This document shows positions 14,246-28,400 of a stretch of 64,000 bases of DNA, piece after piece (positions within the stretch are counted from its first letter, which is position 1; each line of letters starts with the position of its first letter). Where the stretch lies: contig CATNEN010000034.1 of assembly GCA_950097015.1 (NCBI GenBank), positions 1,798,001 to 1,862,000 of the forward strand, written 5' to 3'. The translations under genes were made by a program, and so were the position numbers. The notes under the pieces are model-generated. The model had not been told where the DNA came from, ran no database searches, and saw only the letters and a program-made list of their open reading frames with translations. This stretch comes from Macrostomum hystrix (taxonomy: Eukaryota > Animalia > Platyhelminthes).

Positions 14246-16499
14246 TCCTTGCGTTCAAGCTGTGCTCAGTCTCCCAAGGTTGCGCAACGGACTCAGAGAT
14301 CGAGCAGCCCTTGCGGTCAGCGGCTCTCCCAGGCTTCTCAATAATCAAATTCCCATACGCGCCACAGAATCCCAAACACCAACAATGAGTTAAAGAACAA
14401 TGCCAGGTCACAGGCTACTCACTAATCGACTGTGCTCATTACCTGCTCATTGTTGGCACTGAAACTCAGCCAAGCTGAAGCAGTGTGTCAGCCCTGCGGC
14501 TGTTTCACCTGAGCTGCGTCCCACGGTTAAGGGAGATTCCAGGATGCCGGCCTCCGCTGTGGCAGTCGGGGAGACGCAATGGGATAATTTGGAGCAGAGT
14601 GAGGGTAGACTACGGAAAGTTGTAGGGCCTGTAAGAAGGGAGAGAGCGGATGTGAGATGGGGTGTTGATCCTGAGAGAATGATGGCTTACAGGTGCGGAT
14701 TCCTGTGCAAAGAAAGATAGGTAATTGGACTATCTGGAATGCTCATAAATCCATTCCAATTTTCGTGACTAGGCGAAATTCGACAATTAACAATTTCTCT
14801 TTGGAGTGAAATGCTTTACTGCGTCCAGCTGTGCATTAATTGCTGCTCATTTATTAGTTGCAAAACCATAAGCTACAGACTTAATTTAACCGAATGTAGC
14901 AACGGTTACGATGGGAAATACGATATTTTAGATTGGAATTCCAGTTTCTAAGAAAGTCAGTGACGCAATTCCTAGACAGCCTCGTCGCGCGCAATGGACT
15001 CAAACAATTAGACGGAGGAGAGGAGAGGAACTGAAAAACTTTTCTTGCTTTTCGTGATGTGAGCAACACGTTCTAAATTTTGAGCATTTGCCAAGTGCAA
15101 GCTACACAAGCGCCAACTGTTGCACCGAAGTGGAGCAGTTATCCATAGGGTGGTCATGAGCACCCTCGGAGACAATAATTCAGACAGTTGCTGACACGGT
15201 CCAGTGACTGTGGTTAAGATACCGCTTCGCAAATTCTCCTAGTCGAATTGAAGTCCCAGTTACTGTAATTTTATATGCTTCAATGTCCAAAGACGAAAAT
15301 AGCAAGCGCTGCCATTTTTTAGGTGTCTTCTATCTGAGTCCACGAGAGGAAGCTCAATGTTATTAGCAGAAACAGCAATAGCCAGGTCTATAACTTAAAT
15401 AATAATAAAGAGTCGTCCGATTCGTTTTATTGGGAAAATCTGAATTTTAATTATAAATCATATATAGTACAGATCAGTTCGCGACCACTTGTTCCGGAAA
15501 ACGGTGAGCATTTAAAACAAACCAGCATAAATTAGAACTATTATAATAAATTTTTAATAAACTTTTAAAATCAAAGAATAATTTTTTGAGTAACAACAGA
15601 TACAACGAATTTTAAGCGATAATTTATATACATTAATTTTCGTGAATATTGAGTTTTCGCTCAGAATCGAAGAATCTGGACTGCCAAAAAATCAAAACAT
15701 AAAAGTCAATTTATAATTCTATTGAAACTACCTTCTGGTAGTATCGTGTTTAAACGGAAAGATTTTGTGGTTTTTTAGTTTTTACTTGATTGTCTTTTCT
15801 CACATAGAATGAAGACTCTAACTTTTTTGCGATTGTGAATCATGTCATAGCTTCTTATAGCAAGCTAGTAAATTTCTGGCTCATTATATTAACTTGTGAG
15901 AATGGAGTTTCAATGAAGTTATATTTGTTGTTATACTTGAAATTAAGTAAAAATTAGAACACTTTTTTGGACTGTTGTTATATATTTAAGTATTATGTAG
16001 TTTGGTAGAAAATGTTTTAGAAAATTTAATTTGCTGTACAATTACAAATAAATATTTGTTTAAAAAGGCTAGACAAAAAGTTGGGTCGAAATTTTCTATA
16101 GATTTCGAGCTACATAAAGCTTTACAGTGTTGTTTACATTTTTCAGAATTTTTGCAATATGAATTTAATTAAGCAAGGAAATTTCTTAGCAGATGGTTGC
16201 TAACTTCACAATACTAACATTAAAACATCACAAAATAAAATAAGCTTATTCATAATACTTTTCTGTTTTTTGGTTACACTTCTTTAGAAGAAAGCATTAA
16301 CTTGTTCCTCTTTGTACTTAAAAAGTGTTGTGGTATGAAGTTGTGAAATAGTGGTTTGGATTTTTAAGAGAAGTAACCTTTTGTGCCTTGTATGTCAGTT
16401 GTAAATTGCACATTTAAGCTGGTACGTCAATTAAGTGTTGCCTATTAAAGATTCACATTTTAAAAGCAGGTTTTTCTTATTTCCAGCCTGCAGCTCCCA

Positions 16500-19400
16500 A
16501 TGAGCAGGCCAGCTAGTGCCTCCGCTGGCGGCCAGCTGAGGCGGCAGCAGTCCAACGGTGCCAGCACTGAGAACAGTGAGCCGATCAACTCTTGGACTAG
16601 TTTATAATTAGTTGTATTTGTTTACTTTTACAATCCCATTCAAATTATAAATGATATTCTAGCAGCAGTGGCTAAAATTAGCTAATTTAAATTCGTAATG
16701 TTGAATATTAGCCAAATTCTGCAGGCTAGCTGAATTAGTTTATCTTTAAAACCTTCAAGGAAATCAACTAAAATCCTTTTTTCAAGTGTACAAACTAGCG
16801 GCGCCTAGAAAATATCACTCTAGTTCATTTACGGGTCTATCCCGGACTCTCTTATTGCAACCACTTCCTCTCTCGGTTTAATATAACTCAATGCTGTATT
16901 TTCTCTTACTTTTCTCTACGCAGAAACTTCTCTTATAGTTTTTCTGGCTCGACTCGTTTTCCTGTTCTATTATTTTGCGGTCTGAGGTTGGAGTTGAGTT
17001 GGGGGTGGGGCAGGTTTTATAGCGGAAAACTGGTTGGAGTAACTGTATGTATTTCTCTATAAAGTCAAGTCAATAGTTTAGACTTAGTAAGTAGCTTTGC
17101 ATATTTTATAGAACACCCCTAGAGGCTAAGAGCAAAAGGAAAAACGAAGGAGCAAAGTTTGTACAGGTCATAAAAAGCGTAGTTCTTTAATTTTTTGTTT
17201 TAAAAGAAACTCTTGACTAACTATTCGCAGCAATATTCCATTGCAATCAGTTTGCATATTAAGTTAAGACTCGTATGTGCAATTATCGATAAATCAATTT
17301 TCTAATTTGTACTTTTATAGGAAGATGCAACTACATCTTCCTATAAAGACAAGCATTTGTTTCCGTGCCTACTGTCTCTTCACTTGTGATTTGTTGTGGA
17401 TTGCAGCGGGCACAGTTAATGCTGATGTTGAAAAAAATCGGAAGAGCGGCTTGCAGAAAATCGGAGTGAGGGAGAGATAGAGAGAGAGAGAAGGGAGACA
17501 GAGGGGGGTCACACAGGCTGTCGATACAGCCACATGGCTGTACAGTCTCTGGACCATGTCTTGGCGAGGGAAGCGAAAATCTCATTTGCATTCCCGCTTT
17601 ACACTTTATAATGCATTACTAGCTAGCTGTGCATTGCACATGTACGCATAGTGTAACACATGGGCTTACACTTATTTATCTAGACGCGCAAACATAGTAA
17701 GTTCGAAGTTCAGCTGGCTGAGTTGATTATGTTTTACTACTAGTGGGTTACTGCGAGGAAAACTGGCAATAAATGGGGCAACGACTAGTTAATCTGATTT
17801 ACTTGAACTTCTAGTCTTGGTCGCCTTTTGTAATAACATTTTTAATGGAACTTTTTTGATGGAAGCCTATAGGTTACTCTTTTTTCCGTAGATGAATCAA
17901 GTTAAATTTGTCCAATAATGCATACAGGAACTTATCATCTAATCTCTGAGAGATCCTTTCAGCTGAGCGCCTGCCAGTGCCAGAGCTTACAATAACTATT
18001 CCCCAGTTAATCTCTCACGGGAACTGTGATACGTCGGGCTCTTATCTCTCGGAGTCCGCTTCGGGGAAGAATATTTCTCCACTTTCCGGCCATCAAGAAT
18101 TTCTGTCAACTTTCTTCCCTTGCCCTCAAACATAAAATACTACTTAAGTCAGAATGCCATTGGCTGATTAGAACTGAGTGGTTGCTATTTTTAGAAACAA
18201 GTATAACGGGAAACCCCGTTTTAAAACCGAACACGTGACCGATAGCAGCCAATCAGATTTAGCATCTATTTTAATTGCTGTCTGCGTGCTTTACCGTAAC
18301 CCTCCTTCACCTTGCCGACTCCAGCCGCTGGAGCCATCGATGAGGCCACCTTCGTCAGCTCGTTCGAGGACCAGCTTCCCAACCTGCAGGTAAAATTAAT
18401 ATAACCATAAATCAAATGGAGTGTCTTTTTATATATAAATTTACATATGAATTTACAAATGAATGTACATATAAATGTACATATGACAGTAAACACGATA
18501 AAACTGTCTGTCAAATGAAAATTTCTCTATCAGCTGAGCAGCCATCGGGACACACCGGAGCACCTTGACCGAATCAGAGCCGACCTCTCAGCCGGACCGG
18601 AGGACTGGGAACGCCGGGTCGACGCGCTACGACGTCTTCGCGCCCTCGTCAGAGACGGCGCCGCAGACGGGGATTTATTTTTTCCCGCCCTGCGCGACCT
18701 TGAGGATCCGATGCGAGCCTGCCTGACTGATCTGCGATCCCAGGTGCTCTTGACTCATCATGACCACACTGACCCGACCTTCGATTCCTTGACTCATCAT
18801 GGCCACACTGACCCAACCCTCGATTCCTTGACTCATCATGACCACACTGACCCGACCTTCGATTCCTTGACTCATCAAGACCACACTTACCCCAATGACT
18901 CAACCTTCGAATCCCTGACCCAGCATGACCCCAATGACTCAACCTTCGAATCCCTGACCCAGCATGACCCCAATGACTCAACCTTCGAATCCCTGACCCA
19001 GCATGACCCCAATGACTCAACCTTCGAATCCCTGACCCAGCATGACCCCAATGACTCAACCTTCGAATCCCTGACCCAGCATGACCCCAATGACTCAACC
19101 TTCGAATCCCTGACCCAGCATGACCCATCTCGTCACCACCAGGTTGTCCGTGAGGCCTGCGCCACCCTCGCCTACCTGTCGCTCCGGCTCGGCCCTCGAC
19201 TCGACCGCTTTAGCGAGGCCCTCCTCGACGCTGCCCTGAGCCTCATCGTCAGCAGCGCGCGCATTGTCAGCAGCTCCGGCCAGCTAACCGTCCGTCACCT
19301 GCTGCGCCACACACCGGCGTCGCGCCTTCTGCCGCCGCTCCTGGCTCTCGGCCAATCAAAATCCGCCGTCCAGCGTCGCCGCCTCGCCGAGCTTCTCTCA

Positions 19401-22400
19401 GTGCCGCTGACCGAATGGCCGGCCTCGGCCCTCCGGCCCCACCTGCCGGCCCTCACCGAGGCAGTCAGGCGCGGCATTAACGATGCCGACGCTGAGGCGC
19501 GAGCCTTCTCCCGCGTCGCCTACTGGCCTCTGCGGGCCGCCTTCCCCGAGGCTGCGGCCGGCGTGTTGGCCTCGGTTGACGCGCGCACGCGGGCCGCCAT
19601 TGAGCGAGACAGACCGGCATGGGCTGCGGCTGAGGATGCGACAACACGGACGGCTGCTGGTAAAGGTGAGCCAGGGACAGATCTGTCCGACTGGATGTCA
19701 GTGGCTACCTGTGCGGCTAAAGATTTGCCTAGAATGGTTAAGATAAACTTTGATAGATGGGTCGGGATCAATTTAGATGGGTCAGAATTAATTTAGATGG
19801 GTCAGGATCAATTTAGATGGGTCAGGATCAATTTAGATGGGTCAGGATCAATTTAGATGGGTCAAGATAAATTTATATGGGTCAGGATCACTTTAAATGG
19901 GTCAGGATCAATTTAGATGGGTCAAGATAAATTTAGATGGGTCGGGATCAATTTAGATGGGTCAGAATTAATTTAGATGGGTCAGGATCAATTTAGATGG
20001 GTGAGGATCAATTTAGATGGGTCAAGATAAATTTAGATGGGTCAGGATCACTTTAAATGGGTCAGGATCAATTTAGATGGGTCAAGATAAATGTAGATGG
20101 GTCGGGATCAATTTAGATGGGTCAGAATTAATTTAGATGGGTCAGGATCAATTTAGATGGGTCAGGATCAATTTAGATGGGTCAGGATCAATTTAGATGG
20201 GTCAGAATCAATTTAGATGGGTCAAGATAAATTTAGATGGGTCAGGATCACTTTAAATGGGTCAGGATCAATTTAGATGGGTCAAGATAAATTTAGATGG
20301 GTCAGGATCAATTTAGATAGGTCAAGATCAATTTAGATGGGTCAGTATGCATGGATGGGCACCTATCGCCGCTCCCACCGACTTTCAGCAGCCGTTGCTC
20401 CGGCCAGCCAGGCTCGTCAGCCATCGGTGGCCACCGCCGGCGGCCGCCGCGGTCGTCCCTCTGGCAAACAGGCCTCCCAATCGACGCCGGTTAGTCGCGA
20501 GACTTCGCCTTCGTCACAGCTTCGCCGTCGCGTTATTGCGCCGCCATCAACTAACGTCGGTCAGCGGCGTCAGCCGCGCGAGCGTCCGTCGGCGGCAGCG
20601 GCAGCGGCGCCTGCGACTGCAGCGATAATGACGACTTCAATGATTGCTCCGCCGACCGCACCTCTGTCCGGCCGGTCGCGCTCCCAGATGACCAGCCGGG
20701 AGGCGTCGCCCCGTCGCTCTGGCATCCCGGCTCCGATGGTGTCAATTCTGCCGCGTCGCTTGTCGCGCGGCAGCATCGGTCCGACGCCGCAGCGTCGGCA
20801 GCATCAGCAACAGCTGCTGGCACTGAGGCAGCATCGGCAAAGCGCGACTGGCGACGTACCGGACGCAACCCAGGCCGCTCTGGCGGAAGCTCTCCATCAG
20901 CGGCTCGCCGCCGGAGTCGACAGCGGAGACGACGCCAGCGAGACGTCGTCAGTCTGCTCCGACTGCTCCTTCAAGTCTTTCAACGTGAGTTTGGGGCTGG
21001 GGAGGAGTGAATTGCTCAAAGTGATGAGTTTTCCTAAAACAGGGGATGATATTTAGTACAAGACTAGAATGAGATTTGGTACAAGACGAGGATGAGATTT
21101 AGTACAAGACAGAGATTTGGTACAAGACTGAGATTTGGTACAAGACTGAGATTTGGTACAAGACTGAGATTTGGTACAAGACTGAGATTTGGTACTAGAA
21201 TGAGATTCGGTACAAGACTAAAATTAGGTTTAGCACAATACTATGGTGAGGTTTGGTACAAGACTAGAATGAGAATTCCCTGTTGCCATCCAAGTCTTTC
21301 AGGATTCAATCACTGCAATCACTGCAATCACTGCAATTTGCAGAGCACATACACCTCTAGGCGATTGGGCTCGCGTCTCAACAAGGTAAGTTTTCTTAAT
21401 TTTGTTTGTCTGCCCCTAAAAGAAAGCTCAAGAAATAAAGTACTTTAATTAAGCATGCTAGAATAATATTAAATGTCATTGCATATTCATTTTGATAACC
21501 AATAATTATTTTGCTTGATTGCTCGAACTGCATGAGAACATAAGAAAGCTGGAAATGATATCACAGAAATTGCATTATTGCATGAATTTATTTCAACAGA
21601 ATCTGCGATACCAACTGGTCGGCCTCGCGAGGTTGGCGCACTGATTCCGGTGCACTTTTAAAAAGCTATTTTTGATTTAAATCTTATCGGCAATTTCGGC
21701 TTAATCTCAAATAGTTAATATCTGATTATTGCACTAAATAACTATGACGAGGATGACCGCTTTGTTGGAAGTTTTTTTTTAGTTAGCTTCTTATATGTAT
21801 GGTAAACGGGTTTTATTGAGTACATCAGTTCATGGTCTAAAGCTTTTTGATTCGAATTTACTAATTTGAATGACATGACTTATTCCATTTCTCAACTCGA
21901 AGTCTGATCCCATCTCCCAGTCTGATCCCATCTCCCAGTCTGATCCCATCTCCCAGTCTGATCCCCATCTCCCAGTCTGATCCCAAACTCCCAGTCTGAT
22001 CCCATCTCCCAGTCTGATCCCCATCTCCCAGTCTGATCCCAAACTCCCAGTCTGATCCCCATCTCCCAGTCTGATCCCCATCTCCCAGTCTGATCCCCAT
22101 CTCCCAGTCTGATCCCAAACTCCCAGTCTGATCCCAAACTCCCAGTCTGATCCCAAACTCCCAGTCTGATCCCAAACTCCCAGTCTGATCCCAAACTCCC
22201 AGTCTGATCCCATCTCCCAGTCTGATCCCCATCTCCCAGTCTGATCCCAAACTCCCAGTCTGATCCCATCTCCCAGTCTGATCCCATCTCCCAGTCTGAT
22301 CCCATCTCCCAGTCTGATCCCCATCTCCCAGTCTGATCCCAAACTCCCAGTCTGATCCCATCTCCAAGTCTGATCCCCATCTCCCAGTCTGATCCCAAAC

Positions 22401-25400
22401 TCCCAGTCTGATCCCCATCTCCCAGTCTGATCCCCATCTCCCAGTCTGATCCCCATCTCCCAGTCTGATCCCAAACTCCCAGTCTGATCCCAAACTCCCA
22501 GTCTGATCCCAAACTCCCAGTCTGATCCCAAACTCCCAATCTGATCCCAAACTCCCAGTCTGATCCCCATCTCCCAGTCTGATCCCAAACTCCCAGTCTG
22601 ATCCCCATCTCCCAGTCTGATCCCAAACTCCCAGTCTGATCCCCATCTCCCAGTCTGATCCCAAACTCCCAGTCTGATCCCCATCTCCCAGTCTGATCCC
22701 AAACTCCCAGTCTGATCCCAAACTCCCAGTCTGATCCCCATCTCCCAGTCTGATCCCAAACTCCCAGTCTGATCCCATCTCCCAGTCTGATCCCCATCTC
22801 CCAGTCTGATCCCAAACTCCCAGTCTGATCCCCATCTCCCAGTCTGATCCCAAAACTCCCAGTCTGATCCCCATCTCCCAGTCTGATCCCAAACTCCCAG
22901 TCTGATCCCAAACTCCCAGTCTGATCCCCCATCTCCCAGTCTGATCCCAAACTCCCAGTCTGATCCCCATCTCCCAGTCTGATCCCAAACTCCCAGTCTG
23001 ATCCCAAACTCCCAGTCTGATCCCATCTCCCAGTCTGATCCCATCCCCCAGTCTGATCCCCATCTCCCAGTCTGATCCCAAACTCCCAGTCTGATCCCAA
23101 ACTCCCAGTCTGATCCCCATCTCCCAGTCTGATCCCAAACTCCCAGTCTGATCCCCATCTCCCAGTCTGATCCCCATCTCCCAGTCTGATCCCAAACTCC
23201 CAGTCTGATCCCCAATCTCCCAGTCTGATCCCAAACTCCCAGTCTGATCCCCATCTCCCAGTCTGATCCCATCTCCCAGTCTGATCCCAAACTCCCAGTC
23301 TGATCCCAAACTCCCAGTCTGATCCCAAACTCCCAGTCTGATCCCAAACTCCCAGTCTGATCCCAAACTCCCAGTCTGATCCCCATCTCCCAGTCTGATC
23401 CCAAACTCCCAGTCTGATCCCAAACTCCCAGTCTGATCCCAAACTCCCAGTCTGATCCCAAACTCCCAATCTGATCCCAAACTCCCAGTCTGATCCCCAT
23501 CTCCCAGTCTGATCCCAAACTCCCAGTCTGATCCCCATCTCCCAGTCTGATCCCAAACTCCCAGTCTGATCCCCATCTCCCAGTCTGATCCCAAACTCCC
23601 AGTCTGATCCCCATCTCCCAGTCTGATCCCAAACTCCCAGTCTGATCCCCAAACTCCCAGTCTGATCCCCATCTCCCAGTCTGATCCCAAACTCCCAGTC
23701 TGATCCCATCTCCCAGTCTGATCCCCATCTCCCAGTCTGATCCCAAACTCCCAGTCTGATCCCCATCTCCCAGTCTGATCCCAAACTCCCAGTCTGATCC
23801 CCATCTCCCAGTCTGATCCCAAACTCCCAGTCTGATCCCAAACTCCCAGTCTGATCCCCATCTCCCAGTCTGATCCCAAACTCCCAGTCTGATCCCCATC
23901 TCCCAGTCTGATCCCAAACTCCCAGTCTGATCCCAAACTCCCAGTCTGATCCCATCTCCCAGTCTGATCCCATCCCCCAGTCTGATCCCCATCTCCCAGT
24001 CTGATCCCAAACTCCCAGTCTGATCCCAAACTCCCAGTCTGATCCCCATCTCCCAGTCTGATCCCAAACTCCCAGTCTGATCCCCATCTCCCAGTCTGAT
24101 CCCCATCTCCCAGTCTGATCCCAAACTCCCAGTCTGATCCCCATCTCCCAGTCTGATCCCAAACTCCCAGTCTGATCCCCATCTCCCAGTCTGATCCCAT
24201 CTCCCAGTCTGATCCCAAACTCCCAGTCTGATCCCAAACTCCCAGTCTGATCCCAAACTCCCAGTCTGATCCCAAACTCCCAGTCTGATCCCAAACTCCC
24301 AGTCTGATCCCCATCTCCCAGTCTGATCCCAAACTCCCAGTCTGATCCCCATCTCCCAGTCTGATCCCAAACTCCCAGTCTGATCCCAAACTCCCAGTCT
24401 GATCCCCATCTCCCAGTCTGATCCCAAACTCCCAGTCTGATCCCATCTCCCAGTCTGATCCCCATCTCCCAGTCTGATCCCAAACTCCCAGTCTGATCCC
24501 CATCTCCCAGTCTGATCCCAAACTCCCAGTCTGATCCCCATCTCCCAGTCTGATCCCAAACTCCCAGTCTGATCCCAAACTCCCAGTCTGATCCCATCTC
24601 CCAGTCTGATCCCAAACTCCCAGTCTGATCCCATCTCCCAGTCTGATCCCCATCTCCCAGTCTGATCCCATCTCCCAGTCTGATCCCATCTCCCAGTCTG
24701 ATCCCATCTCCCAGTCTGATCCCATCTCCCAGTCTGATCCCCATCTCCCAGTCTGATCCCATCTCCCAGTCTGATCCCATCTCCCAGTCTGATCCCCATC
24801 TCCCAGTCTGATCCCAAACTCCCAGTCTGATCCCAAACTCCCAGTCTGATCCCATCTCCCAGTCTGATCCCCATCTCCCAGTCTGATCCCAAACTCCCAG
24901 TCTGATCCCATCTCCCAGTCTGATCCCCATCTCCCAGTCTGATCCCAAACTCCCAGTCTGATCCCCATCTCCCAGTCTGATCCCAAACTCCCAGTCTGAT
25001 CCCCATCTCCCAGTCTGATCCCAAACTCCCAGTCTGATCCCAAACTCCCAGTCTGATCCCCATCTCCCAGTCTGATCCCAAACTCCCAGTCTGATCCCAT
25101 CTCCCAGTCTGATCCCCATCTCCCAGTCTGATCCCAAACTCCCAGTCTGATCCCCATCTCCCAGTCTGATCCCAAACTCCCAGTCTGATCCCAAACTCCC
25201 AGTCTGATCCCATCTCCCAGTCTGATCCCATCCCCCAGTCTGATCCCCATCTCCCAGTCTGATCCCAAACTCCCAGTCTGATCCCAAACTCCCAGTCTGA
25301 TCCCCATCTCCCAGTCTGATCCCAAACTCCCAGTCTGATCCCCATCTCCCAGTCTGATCCCCATCTCCCAGTCTGATCCCAAACTCCCAGTCTGATCCCC

Positions 25401-28400
25401 ATCTCCCAGTCTGATCCCAAACTCCCAGTCTGATCCCCATCTCCCAGTCTGATCCCCATCTCCCAGTCTGATCCCATCTCCCAGTCTGATCCCATCCCCC
25501 AGTCAGTGTGCATTTCTGACTTATTGCATTCCAAGCCTACACTTGTGCACGTGGCCCCTATAACACGCCCCTCATTTCCAATCGACGCAAAGGAAAATGG
25601 CGCAATTTATCCAGCCAATTGTATTAGCGGCGGATGTCCTGCCGTGGTCGAGCCCGTGCACTTTCAGGTAAAATAAGTACAAACTTTACGAATCTGGTAA
25701 TTGTTGTTGACTTTCTACGAATGTAATTATCTGCAGTCTATCACAGAGTGCTTAAACAAGTAGTTAAGAATAATTGCTGTCGTTTCACCTGTAACAATGC
25801 CAATTGAGGAACAGCTGTGGCTCCTGTTTCTAAGCTTAATGTTGTTTGCTTTTGTGCGTGTTAAAAAATGCGTTTACCTGGCACCTATTTAATGAGATGG
25901 AGCCAATTTTATCACATCCTCTCACCCGTATTTATGGCACTCCCCAGTTTTATAGTCACCCGCTTCATCAGTGTTAGCTTGCTCTGTCGATTTCTGTGAC
26001 AAAAATTACCTTGCATTTTACCTGCTAATTATCACTCCTAAGTTCATCTGATCTGTTACTTAAACTGTCCCTCTATCACTCTGTCACCCTAACCATTACC
26101 CTAACTTTCACACAAGCTGTCACTATGACACTCGAGCTGTCACTCGAGCTGTCACTATGCCACTCGAGCTGTCACTTTATCACTCGAGCTGTCACTCGAT
26201 CTGTCACTCGAGCTGTCACTCGAGCTGTCACTCGAGCTGTCACTTTGTCACTTAAGCTGTCACTTTGTCACTCGAGCTGTCACTCTAAATGTCACTTGAG
26301 CTGTCACTATGCCACTCACGCTGTCACTCGAGCTGTCAATCTAACTTTCACTCGAGCTGTCACTCGATCTGTCAATCTAACTGTCACTTGAGCTGTCACT
26401 CTAAATGTTACTCGAGCTGTCACTCGAGCTGTCACTCGAGCTGTTATTCGAGCTGTTGCTTTCTTTAACCGCTCCCAATTTCTCCCAGAGCGTATCGGAA
26501 ATCATCGCCCAGTTGGAGTCTCGCGACTCTACGAATCGGCGCGACGCCCTGGCGGGCCTGATCGCCTGCCTGGACCAGGCTGAGCCGCCGGAGCCGCTGC
26601 CGCAGCCGCTCAGTCAGATGGAGGTTCGCCGACTGTGCGAAATTTTCACCCGACTCTTCACCGAGACTAACGGCCGGCTGGCCCAGCTGTTCATGGAAGC
26701 CCTGGCTCGCTTCGTAACCAGGTGGGCTGGCGGCTATCCACTCTCCACAAAATCCCATTCCATGAAATTCCATACAACGAAAAACAATTCCATGAAATTC
26801 CAATCCTAGAAATCACATTCCTAGAAATCCAATTCGATGAAATCCCATTCCTAGAAATACACTCCATGATACCCCATTCCCTGAAATCCCATTCCATGAA
26901 ATCCCATTCCATGAAATCCCATTCCATGAAATCCCATTCCTTGAAATCCCATTCCATGAAATCCCATTCCTTGAAATCCCATTTTCATAAAATCCTATTC
27001 CTAGAAATACATTCCTTGAAATCCCATTCCATGAAGTCCCATTCCTTGAAATCCCATTTGCACAATCGAATCCTTTAAAATCAAATTGATCAGGTACCAC
27101 GCTGACCTGCACGAGTGGCTGTACATTCTGCTCACCCGGCTGCTCACCCGGCTGGCAACCGAATGCCTCGCTAGTCAGGCCGCCCGGGTTCAGGCCGCCT
27201 CCGACGCTGTGATGTCCGCCTTCCCCGCCGAGCTGCTGCTCCGGCAGCTCCTTCGCAGCCTCATCGATCACAGCCAGCCCGCTTTGCCCGGCCTGCAGGC
27301 TCACTCTCTACGCCTGCTGCTGCAGCTGCTGCCGCGGCTGGAGCCCGGCGCCCTTCGGCCCGCGCCAGACACCCGGCTGGCGATCTCCCGTCTGGCGCTC
27401 ATGGCGCGCGACGAGCCGGCCGCCAGGCGCCTCCTGGCCGGCTTGGCACGGCTCAGTCCTGCGGCGATGGCTGCGCTGGCGCGGGCCATGCCGGAGGGAC
27501 TTCGGGCCCGACTGGCGGAAGCGGCTGGGACCAGTTTCTGCGGGTGAGGCGCCACCGCTTGTAGCCTTCCTTCCTCTTAGACAGCTTACTTCCTCTTCCA
27601 GAATATTCACTCTCTCCCTACCCTCTGTCCCTCTCCCTACCCTCTGTCCGTCTCCCTACCCTCTGTCCGTCACCCTACCCTCTGTCCGTCACCCTACCCT
27701 CTGTCCTTCTCCCTACCCTCTGTCCTTCTCCTTACCCTCTGTCCGTCACCCTACCCTCTGTCCGTCACCCTACCCTCTGTCCTTCTCCCTACCCTCTGTC
27801 CGTCACCCTACCCTCTGTCCTTCTCCCTACCCTCTGTCCGTCTCCCTACCCTCTGTCCTTCTCCCTACCCTCTGTCCTTCTCCCTACCCTCTGTCCTTCT
27901 CCCTACCCTCTGTCCGTCACCCTACCCTCTGTCCTTCTCCCTACCCTCTGTCCGTCTCCCTACCCTCTGTCCGTCACCCTACCCTCTGTCCTTCTCCCTA
28001 CCCTCTGTCCTTCTCCCTACCCTCTGTCCGTCTCCCTACCCTCTGATTTTAGTGCTTTACTTTTGCCTATCTCGTCCCAGAAACGGCTCGGACAGCCCGC
28101 CCGAGGGCGGCTCCAGCAGTCCGAGCTCCATTCCCGACGGCCCTTCGCCGCCGCCGCCACCGGCCCTAATCTCCGAGCCGCCGACTCTCTGGCCAGTTGA
28201 AGCCACTCGACGAGTCAACGGCGAACGCCCCAACGTGCTGCCGCTAGTTTCACGACCGGGTAGTCTTGGGGGTTCCCATGGCAACAGAAACGGTGGCAAG
28301 CCAGCTGCATCCGACGCTGCGAACGACCGGCTGAGACGATGGGCGGAGAGACAAGCTGGTGAGCACTGACTGTTTACATGAGTGACAGCTCCCTGTTTAC

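Noticed and set aside
21830-25534. Three 1170-1234 aa ORFs ([11 protein letters not shown] repeats)
   Set aside because: Stop-free translations of an intronic 18/19-bp minisatellite, open in all three minus frames and antisense to CLASP; no protein features.
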